Assembly: GCF_009914755.1 (NCBI RefSeq)
Contig: NC_060939.1
Reading direction: 5' to 3' (one strand)
Source: the human T2T-CHM13v2.0 reference genome, Homo sapiens
Length of the DNA: 64,000 nucleotides
The notes below the pieces were generated by a model. It saw nothing but the letters and a program-made list of their open reading frames with translations, was not told the origin of the DNA and made no database searches. The position numbers were made by a program, and so were the translations under genes. Each line of letters opens with the position of its first letter. Positions within the stretch are counted from its first letter, which is position 1. Positions 48,022-64,000 of the stretch are shown here, in pieces.

Positions 48022-48027
48022 TTTAGT
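48022..48027 (-). terminator. IDH2 proximal non-canonical poly(A) signal ACTAAA
   Basis: The minus strand reads agctACTAAAaagctcttcacaaaa ~270 nt after the stop codon; no AATAAA nearby. Confidence 0.6.
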
Positions 48028-48294
48028 AGCTAAATATGGCACCATGTGTTCCAAGGGCAATATAAATTACAGTATGCAAAACATACTGACTGGCTGAGGT
48101 AAAACGCACTGCTCCTGCCTCACGTCACCATGAGGGGAAACACACATATGCTTTTAAAAACATCTGGCTTATAAAAAAACATCCCCTAGAAAGGCCTCCA
48201 GAGAGGGGCTGTGAGGCTCACCCTCTGCCGCGCTCAGGAGGACCCGCCGGCTCAGCCCTGGCCCCTCCACTGCAGCCATGGGTGGCGCCTCCCC

Positions 48295-48405
<111 letters not shown>

Positions 48406-48780
48406 TCAGGGGCGGCTCCAGGCCTTGCCAAGGCCATCAGCCAGGCCCTTCCAGGGAACAGCCTGAGCTTGGGCATCAGAACAGCCATCTCCTGCCACCC
48501 AGACTACAGGCCAGAGGCCAGCTATAGCCCCCTACCATGAGGCCACCGAGATTCGGCAGGCACCCGCAGGGTCTGTCTTGCCAGGTAACTGCTCTCCTGA
48601 GAGAAGCTGGGAAAGGGGTGTGGGCAGGGTCGGAAGGAGCTCTGAGTAGCCAGCCTCAGGGATGGGGAGGAACTCACTAGACCTGGTCTACAGAGGCTGG
48701 CCTGAGCAGTCTCTCAGGGCTGTGGACATGTCCTGCCCCAGGCCCCCTTGCAGCTAAGCTGACTCATGAGGGGGACTTTA

Positions 48781-49167
<387 letters not shown>

Positions 49168-49255
49168 CTAGTGAGGAGGCTGCCCAGATACAGCTGCCCG
49201 CCCCTGGGCTGGTGGGTCAGGCTCGTCCTTCCAGCCCTCAGCCCAGTGGGCTTTA

Positions 49256-49528
<273 letters not shown>

Positions 49529-50182
49529 TCAGCCTCCCCCAGCTGCAACTGGGAGGACAGGGACTGTTCCAGGTCTCTTCACCCTCCTGTGGGTCTCCAG
49601 GGCCCAGCACAGGGCTGGAGGGCACTGGAGGGTGGCTATCACCAGCACATTAACATCCATCTGTGTCACCAGCTCCAGGCGCCCCACAGCCTGTGGCCCA
49701 CAGGGCCCAAGAGGCCACAGAGTCCTGTGGTCCCCCACAGCCTGCCACCCAGCCTGGCTCGTGACCCGGAGGCACATTCAAGGAAAACAATAAAGCTGTG
49801 GTCAGCTATTTCCCAACAATCACTTTTGCAGCTACTCTCTTAGGCCACTTTCAAGCTTTTTGATTAATTTCTGAATGCTCCCAAATCCACATGTCAACTC
49901 CAGCAAGCTTTTCTATTGTCAAGGACTCCAGGGCTTCAAAGGCACCCCCGTGACACCAAAATAAGGATTGAAGAAAGAAAACATGGACAACATCTACAGG
50001 AAAATGCTTTGTCTATGAATTCTAAGAATTTTGGCTGTAAGCAATCCCTTCTCCATTTTACCTGCACCTTCACACCATTCCTTAGACACTTAAGGTTCAT
50101 TTTCATGCCTCTGCCTCATCTGCTATGGCGTTTCATCCTTCTATCCTAGATGGGAATTGTTCGGTGAGAGGATCCCCACTGA

Positions 50183-50696
<514 letters not shown>

Positions 50697-51051
50697 TGAT
50701 TTGTCTTTTAGGACACCCTAGGGCTTGGGGGTTTGCAGGCTTCCCCAACATTCTCTTCCATCCATTAGGTTCACTATGCAAAATGCATTCGCTGTAGTTT
50801 AAAGAACCTCCAGTCCCGCTTGATCCCATTTTCCTACTGGAACCAAAGAGTCATGAGGCTCCATCATGGACTGGAGCAACCTTAGGGCTGTCAACCTAGC
50901 CCTGGAATTCCTGTGCCCTCCTTTCTCTCTAAGAGCAGCCTCAGTCATACACCAGTCCAAACCTAATTTGTGATCCTCTCTCACTCAGATGCCAGGGAGC
51001 TCCTGCCCCCTGCTGTCCACAGAGGACCCTGCAATGAGTCCTGCTCCACTA

Positions 51052-51952
<901 letters not shown>

Positions 51953-52114
51953 TTATCCAATCAGAAGCCTTTCTCCCCAGGGCCTCTGTGATTGGCTCAG
52001 AGGTGGTCATGTGACTCAGCCTGGCATTGGAGCTGGAACTGGGGATAAAGAAGCATTCTCTTCTGATAGGGTAGCCAAGCAGGCAGGAGTACGCCTGGAG
52101 CTGCTCGTGGCCAT

Positions 52115-52260
52115 TTCTTTTCTTTTCTTTTCTTTTCTTTTTGTTTCAAGAGATGGGGTCTCACTGTTGCCCAGGCTGGTCTCAAACTTCTGGTCTCAAG
52201 CAATCCTGCCTTGGCCTCCCAAAATGCCGGGATTACAAGTGTCAGCCACCATGCCCAGCC
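52115..52260 (-). mobile_element. Alu monomer inside an MLT1-like remnant
   Basis: TSD gtggccatttct. Confidence 0.8.
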
Positions 52261-52306
52261 CTGGTGGCCATTTCTGCCTCTTTGTGGCCTAAGAATGAGG
52301 CCATTA

Positions 52307-52585
<279 letters not shown>

Positions 52586-52588
52586 TCA

Positions 52589-53240
<652 letters not shown>

Positions 53241-54363
53241 CAAGTCTGCCAGTTTTAATGGTGAGGCTTACAAAAGTGGCTCAACCAAAGCTGTAAAAAA
53301 AAATTACTGGAAAAATAACCAGCCTAAGTGTTGTCGTGAGGACGAAATGAGCTCGTGTGTAAAGGGCCTAGAACGGTGCCCGGTCCATGCTAAGTGCTCT
53401 GTTGGCCATTATGATTCCCACATCACACATGGAGGGAGTACAGTCCGGGGGAAGGACTTGTCTGACGAAGCCTGACAACACACTGCCCACTCCACATGCT
53501 CCGGTCCTGGCCCCAATGCCACCCCAGTTCCTAAGGCTGTGACCCTCTCCTGCCTTGTCCATAAATGGGGATACACAACTCCCAAGGTTCAGGTGAAATG
53601 AAGAGCTCAACACTCAAATGATCCCAGTGCTGTGGGTCAGGCATGACCTGCAGGACAGGGGCAGGCCTGGGGAATTTGCAGATGTATCTCGAGTACTTTC
53701 CGCCAGCTCCCTCCAACTGTGGAAAGTAGGAAGAGAGAGCTCAGAAAACTCCTCAACCATCCTTTCTCGAATTATCCAAACCTGGCCCCTCTGCACACAC
53801 ACTGCTGTGACTTCATGGAACCCTCGAGAGCGGCCCCAACAGCCAAGGACCAGAAGCCAGTCTAGGCCTGGTGGGGGCACCTCTCAGTGACCCTGCATGA
53901 CCATGGGGACAGAGGCAGACCTGCAAGGCCAAGCCAGTGGCAGGAGGGCAACAGCGATGTTCCCCAGAGGCTGCTGAGGCTCTGAAGGACACAGGCCTTA
54001 CACACAGCACTCCTCGCACAATCTCTCTGCATACCTGCCTGCAAGACTGTCCACGCCAGAATGGACTACTGCCCAAAGAAGCCATCCTTACTGTGACCAC
54101 ATCAGCATTACCTTCCTCCTCCTCCTCCTCAGCCCTGTCACCGATGACACCTACCACTGTCAGAGCCAGAGTGAAGCAGAAACACCACTGGCCTGGGAGA
54201 TGGAAGACGTGGATTCTGTTCTCAGCTCTGCTGTGCCCTAACCGTGGAACCTGAGGCCAGCCCCTTACCCACGCCTGCCCCAGCCTCATCAAAGGTGACC
54301 TCTGAGGCCCCACTGTCCACCAGGCACACACAGGGAGACTGGCCTCAGGTGCAGTTGGCCTCA

Positions 54364-54696
<333 letters not shown>

Positions 54697-55307
54697 TCAC
54701 CCCAGTGACTCAGGGACATGACAACAAAGGGCAGGATAAGAAGTCTGCAGGCCATGGCAGGGGACAGTCAGTCAAAACAGGGATGAGTGAAGGCCAGTGG
54801 AGGGGCGCAGCAGAAAGCTGGAGTCAGCCATTTCTCAGTGGGGCCTGGCCAGAGCTGGCAGAGGCTGGGGCTTTGGAGAGAGGTTGGCAGGCCAGGCCGC
54901 AGTCTTTTGGAGGGTTCTTCCTCCACTGTGCCTGTGTGCCCCCCTCACATGGCCCATCAACTCAGCCAAACCCCAACCCCAAGTACATCTAGATTTCTCT
55001 ATACAACTGGTTTCCTCTTCTCAAGTGCTTTGAGATCTTACAGTTGGAAGTGACAGTTCTCAACCTTTGTCCCATGAACGCACACACAGTGTGGCGCCTT
55101 CACAAGGACTACATGCTCTCCTGGACATACATAGACCACGGCAACTTTGGAGAAGCCAAGCGGCCACTCTGGGACCCCTTTGCCATGGTGGCTCGTCACA
55201 ACTGCAGGCTGGGTCACTGCCCTACACACCAGCCCTGTTCCCTTTTCACTCCTTTTCAAGAAGTGAGGCAAAACGTAGGGGATCAAGATGGAAATGATAC
55301 AGGATTA

Positions 55308-55748
<441 letters not shown>

Positions 55749-55836
55749 TCACCAGGAGACAGTGGCAGAAAGCCAGGGCTCCAGCTGCCCGGTGTCCACT
55801 CCCCCGTCTGCAAATCAGCTCCCTCACTGCTTAGAG

Positions 55837-56332
55837 CAGGGGTCCCCAACTCCCAGGCCATGGACTAGTACCGTGGGCTCTGGAGAGAGGTCAGCAGACC
55901 AGGCCACAGCCTTTAGTGCAGGTCCACGGACTGTTGGGAACTGGGCCACACAGCAGGAGGAGAGCTGCAGGTGAGTGAGCACTACTACCACCTGAGCTCA
56001 TGCCTGGGAACTGCGCACACGAGGGATCTAGGTTGCATACTCCTTATGAGAATCTAATGCCTGATGATCTGTCACTGTCTTCCAGCACCTCCAGATGGGA
56101 CTGTCTAGTTGCAGGAAAGCAAGCTCAGGACCCCCCGATTGTACATTATGGTGAGCTATATAATTTTTTCATTATATATTACAATGTAATAATAATAGAA
56201 ATAAAGTGCACAATAAATGTAATGCACTTGACTCATCCCAAAACCATCCCCGCTGCCCACCACCCTGCCACCCGTGGAAAAATTGTCTTCCATGAAACTG
56301 GCCCCTGGTGCCAAAAACTTTGGGAACTGCTG
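55837..56332 (+). mobile_element. MER1A (hAT-Charlie)
   Basis: caggggtccccaac ... tttgggaactgctg TIRs; 8-bp TSD gcttagag/gtttagag; gagggatctaggttgc..tccttatgagaatctaatgcctgatgatctg. Confidence 0.88.
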
Positions 56333-56364
56333 GTTTAGAGCACCTGGATCCATCCATCCTTACT

Positions 56365-56960
56365 TACTTCCTTTCCTTTCTTTCCTTCCTTTCCTTTCTT
56401 TCCTTCCTTCCTTCCTTTCCTTCCTTCCTCCCTTTCTCTCTCTCTTTCTTTCTTGGCAGGGTCCTGTTCCATTGGTCAGGCTGGAATGCACTGATGCCAT
56501 CATAGCTTACTGCAGCATTGACTTCCTGGCTTCAAGTGATCCTCTGACCTCAGCCTCCCAAGTAGCTGGGACTACAGGCGCATGCCACCACACCCAGCTA
56601 TTTTTAATTTTTTTTTTTTCTGAGACGAAGTTTCGCTATTGTCCCCCAGGGTGGGAGTGCAGTGGCATGATCTCAGCCCACTGCAACCTCCGCCTCCCGA
56701 GTTCAAGTGATTCTCGGGCCTCAGCCTCCCAAGTAGCGGGGATTTCAGGTGTGCACCACAACACCTGGCTAATTTTTTGTATTTTTAGTAGAGACAGGGT
56801 TTCACCATGTTGGCCAGGCTGGTCTCAAACTCCTGACCTCAAGTGATCCACCTGCCTTGACCCCCGCAAAGTGCTGGGATTACAGGCGTGAGCCACCGTG
56901 CCAGCCTAATTTTAAAATTTTTTTGTAGAGATGGAGTCTTGCCCTGTTGCCCAGGCTGGC
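56365..56960 (-). mobile_element. (TTCC)n/(TC)n tail plus AluJ with a nested AluS
   Basis: The right arm, an inner full Alu and a left-arm remnant appear in order. Confidence 0.85.
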
Positions 56961-57619
56961 TGGACTCCCCACCCCACCCCCACTTTAATCTGGCTAGGTA
57001 GAACTACCCAAAAACATGCCCAGCCCACCAGTGGCCAAGAGGGTGGGGGCCAGTCTGGCCTGTCAGACCCTCTCCCCCTGGAATATGAAGGCAGAGGAGA
57101 TCAACACAAAGAACACTGGCTAGCTGCGGCTGCCTCATCCAGCACCAAATCAGTAAGAGGTTGTCCAGGGGCTCCTGCCATCCAGTTCCTAAGGAGGGCC
57201 TGGGTCCTCTTTTATGTATTTACTTATTGTTTAGAGTCAGGTCTCTTTATCTCTCTCTGTTGCCCAAGCCAGGCTCAGACTCCGGGGCTCAAGCAATCCT
57301 TGCACCTCAGCCTCCTTAGCAGCTGGGGCTACAGGCCCATGCCAAGATATTACTTTTGTCCAAGACTTAGTTCTTTATAGTTTTCCCTGCAATTCTATGA
57401 GCTACGCTGTGTAGCTCATAATAAAATCCTCTCCAAGTTAACCAGTCACTAACTTTGTCTGTTGCGTGCGACCCAAGAGCCCTCAACTAACTTGTGGTGA
57501 TAAAGGAAATAGTATAGATAGGTATTGAGTGCCTACTATGTGCCTTACAGTGTACCAGTGCTGTACAATGTGATTCCATTTAATCCCAAAAACAACCCCA
57601 AGGAGGTATCATTACCTCC

Positions 57620-57964
<345 letters not shown>

Positions 57965-58655
57965 TAAGTGTGGGAAACTGAGGCTCAGAGAGGTTAACAG
58001 CTTACTGCCCAAGGTTACAGAGCTTGAAAACAGCAGAGTCACGAGGACTCTGACCCTATTCAACAGGAAGGACAGGCTTACAGCACCTGCGAATGGAACT
58101 CAGAACCCTTGATCCCAGCCGACGCAGGTGGGTCAGTCCTACCAGAGAAGCATCAAAGGACTCAATGAGGGGCTGATCAGAGGTCCAGGGAGACCAGTGG
58201 AGGGTAGGGGGCAGGGGACGCTACTGAAGGAGAGTCTGACTCGCAGGAATACCCAACAGTCTGGGAAGTGAATTTCAAAGAAAACTCAGGAACTGGCCAC
58301 CTAACAATGAATCAGTACAGCTGCCTTGGACAAGGCTTGTTGAACCTCAGCCTGCAGCAGATAGGGGCACCGGGGCACCAGCCTGCTCCTCTGCCCACAG
58401 CCTGGGAAGAAGCAGCAAATGCAGAGCAGGGAACAAGATCTAATAAAACTTCAGTCACAGGGAAATCTCACCAGCTCAGCTGAGAGCTGTGCCCTTTCCT
58501 CAAAGCAGCACTCCTCAGCCTCACTTACAGCCCAATTACTCTTGTGTTACACACAGTCCTTAGAGAGGTGGTGATGTGTCTTCAGCTCCACTCTAGATTA
58601 GACACAGCAAATCAGGTGAAGGGAAGAGAATGATTATTTGAAAACACTGGGTTGG

Positions 58656-59052
<397 letters not shown>

Positions 59053-59997
59053 CTAACAGACCTCAAACAACTGACTTTCCAAAGATATGCAAAGAGTTTG
59101 TTTTTTTTTTTTAATCTAAAAATAATCTTAGAGATCATTTAGGGGGAATAATGAGACTCAGAGAGTGTGGTCTGCATCAGAGGCAAGATAGAGCCCAGGT
59201 CCCTGACCCAAATGCAGCCTCTGGAAGACCCGTGGGTCAGATGTAGAGAAGCAGAACACAAACACAGCCTTGGACTATTCCATTCCCTAGAGAACAAAAG
59301 GTGGCTGGCTGCTGGCTCTACTGCCTTTCCCAAGACGCGATGGGGATTTTGAACCCAATCTACAATATTCCTTCACTTTTTTCTGAAGCTTGAGTGGAAA
59401 GAGCTGCAGAACCTGCGGAAAGTCTGTTGAGCTGTTGCAGAGCTAGTTTAGTTCTGGGGAGCATCTCCTATGAGTTAATTTGAGGACAGCTAATCAAATT
59501 TGTTAAAAAAAAAAAAAAATGAACTATCATAATCAGGAGCCCTAAGGAGAGACTCACTTGGGGCCAGTTCTTCAGGTTTCAGCCTCAGCCTGGGCTCCAC
59601 GGTTGGGCTTCAGGCAGGCATGGCTAGGAGAGTTCAAGGTCAAGATCAAAGACCTGATGTGTCAAACCCTCAGAGACCACAGGACCTGATTATTTACTCA
59701 CCGGCAGGTGCTAACTAAGCACTTATCCAGTACCCCACTGGGATACTGAAATGCCTAAAACACAACAGTGCCTGCCCGGAGGCAGTGAATGTGGAAGGGG
59801 AAACCTACAGGTAACAGAGAGAGAGCAAGCAGGGCTGTCACCAAAGTCAGGAGTGCCCAGGCCTCCCTGGAAGCAAACATCCCAGGGGAACTGAGAACAG
59901 CAACATGAGCCAAGGCCAGCAGAGACTTGTTCTGCTTGTTCCAGGTACTGGTTTTTTAAAAAAATCTTAATTGGTGACCAAGTTTTAAAAATCAGTA

Positions 59998-61880
<1,883 letters not shown>

Positions 61881-62529
61881 AAACCAGTCAAAAAAAATCA
61901 GGAGATTTTATATAAAAATCTAGAAATGCAGCAGGCACTCACTCATGGCAAGGATGGGCTGGGCTGAAGGCGGCCTCTCCCTTCATTCCATGACAGCCAA
62001 GTGCCCTCCAGTGTGGCCCAGGGCACTGGAGTTTGAGACCCCTGTCTGCTGTTCAGCCTGTATGGTGGAGATACAGCCATGGTCTGCCCTTCTCTGAGAG
62101 ATAAGTGGTGACAAGCTACCTGAAATACACAGAGCAGCAGCTAGGCCTCCCTGAAAACCTCCGAAGTGACAGCCACCACGAATCTTCAGCTGATGCATTG
62201 CACAAACACTGTCCTCTTGGCGAGAGTGCAGGATGGAATTACACCAGTCACCAGAGGCACGTTAGGCTGACTCTCCTCCCTGTCTGGGGCTCCTAGCACC
62301 CAATACCAAGTAAGGATTTCAAAACACATCCCTGGCTTCTTGCTGCTCCCAGCAGGACGCTAGAGGTCCAGCCGCAGGCAGCCAGCCCCAGGCATAACTG
62401 CTCCCTCCACATTCCTACCCATGCTCTCAGCAGAAAGGCTGCTCAGTCAGCATGTCCCAGCAAAAGATCAGAGAGTGGGGAAAGGTTCCAATTCCTGGGG
62501 GCTCAAGAAGGCAGGACAGCAACTTTGTA

Positions 62530-62862
62530 TATTTTATGTATGTATGTATGTATGTATGTATGCATGTATGTATTTATGTATGTATGTATGTATTGAGACA
62601 GAGTCTCACTCTGTCGCCTACACTGGAGGGCAGTGGCGTGATCTCGGCTCACTGCAAGCTCCACCTCCTGGGTTCAGGCAATTCTCCTGCCTCAGCCCGA
62701 GTAGCTGGGACTACAGGCGCCTGCCACCACACCCAGCTAATTTTTGTATTTTTAGTAGAGACCGGGTTTCACCATGGTGGCCAGGCAGGTCTCGAACTCC
62801 TGGCCCCAACTGATCCGCCTGCTTCGGCCTCCCAAAGTCCTGGGAGCCACCGCACGCGGCCA
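62530..62862 (-). mobile_element. Alu with (TATG)n tail
   Basis: Tetranucleotide tail 62535-62592 followed by an antisense Alu. Confidence 0.9.
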
Positions 62863-63039
62863 GAACAGCCATTTTGGAACAAACTCTAGTAGACTCCTTG
62901 GTGTCATCCTTCATTCCTTCCCTTCTCTCACATCCAAACCACCAAAACCAGAAGCCACCCTCAGACAAGCCCACCCTTGCCATAAGTGAGTGCCTGCTGC
63001 GTATCTAGATTTTTATGTAAAATCGCCTGAATTGGAACC

Positions 63040-63960
63040 TTTCCCCACTACTGGCTCCTCCTTCAAAATATATCCAGAATCCAACCACTTCTTCACCATC
63101 CCCAGCGCCACCACCCAGGTCCAAGCCATCATCCTCTCTTGCCAGGTCCCTGAAGCTAGAATGCTCCCGATAAGATGGAAATCAGGTAACGATACTCCTC
63201 TCAAAACCCTGCAAAGTAAAAGCGAAAGCTCTCAAAAATGGCCTGTGAGCCCTCTACAGACCCCACTGCCGAACCTCATCCTGTCACTCCACCTGGTGCC
63301 TGCTGAGCCAGCCTTCGCACCATCCTCTCTGCTCTTCCATCATGCCCTTGGCACCTGCGAGTCCCTCTTCCCCCAATACCGAAAATGGCCTGCTTCCTCC
63401 CCTCCTCAGCGATTCCTTCAGTGAGGACTTTTCTGGCTGCCCTATACAAACTTTTGTGCACACACGTTTCTTGCCTGTTTCTCCTTAGCTCTTCTCTTTT
63501 TGGTGGGAGAAGGGGGAGGCAGGGTCTTGCTTTGTCACCCAGGCTAGAGTGCAGTGGCACAATTGTACCTCACTGCAGCCTTGACCTCCTGGGCTCAAAT
63601 GATCCTCCTGAGTAGCTAAGACCACAGACATGCACCATCGTGCCTGGCTAATTTTATTTTTTATTTTTGTAGAGATGGGGTCTCACTATATTGCCCAGGC
63701 TGGTCTGGAGCTCCCAGCCTCAAGCAATCCTCCCACCTCAGCCCCCCAAAATTCTGGGATTACAGGTGTAAGCCACAGTGCCTGGCCTTCCTTAGCTCTT
63801 GTACCCATATATCATACTAGTCAACATCTATCTTGCTTACTGTCTGCCCCCTCCCACATCAGAATTTGAGCTCCTAAGGGTTTTGAAAGAGTCTCTGCTG
63901 GTTTTATTCCCAGCTCTATCCCCAGCACCCGGCATGGTGTCTGGCACAAAGTAGGAGTAT
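63040..63960. mobile_element. L2 remnant interrupted by AluJ (63520-63787, -)
   Basis: L2 text (cttcaaaatatatccagaatccaaccacttcttcacc; tatccccagcacccggcatggtgtctggcacaaagtagg). Confidence 0.7.
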
Positions 63961-64000
63961 ACTACTTTTGTCAAAGACATAAATAAAGGTCAAGTTGAAG

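Overview
Primate (almost certainly human, 15q26.1) genomic DNA holding two convergent genes. + strand: the distal part of ZNF710 intron 1 (1-31141), then coding exons 2-5. These join into a 1995-nt CDS encoding a 664-aa protein with 11 C2H2 fingers, followed by a ~2.35-kb 3'UTR with AATAAA at 46200. - strand: IDH2 (mitochondrial NADP+ isocitrate dehydrogenase) exons 2-11, with wild-type R140 and R172 codons; exon 1 lies beyond the right edge. The rest is typical Alu-rich euchromatin: about 40 Alus or Alu fragments (several nested, many with visible TSDs), plus L1M, L2, MIR, MLT1/MLT2 LTRs, hAT/Tigger MITEs and microsatellites. No prokaryotic-type or foreign system is visible. The best leads are RNA-level. 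(i) The start-codon exon of ZNF710 is tightly flanked by inverted Alus, and back-splicing would create a stop codon, giving a circ-ZNF609-like 491-aa, 7-finger ORF. (ii) A 3-codon uORF takes its -3 base from the upstream exon. (iii) An intronic-polyadenylation isoform could arise at back-to-back poly(A) signals in intron 4. (iv) The weak proximal IDH2 poly(A) signal could allow read-through antisense to ZNF710. (v) There is a locally duplicated nuclear-receptor-motif module in intron 1. Repeat subfamily names and boundaries were assigned by eye and are approximate.
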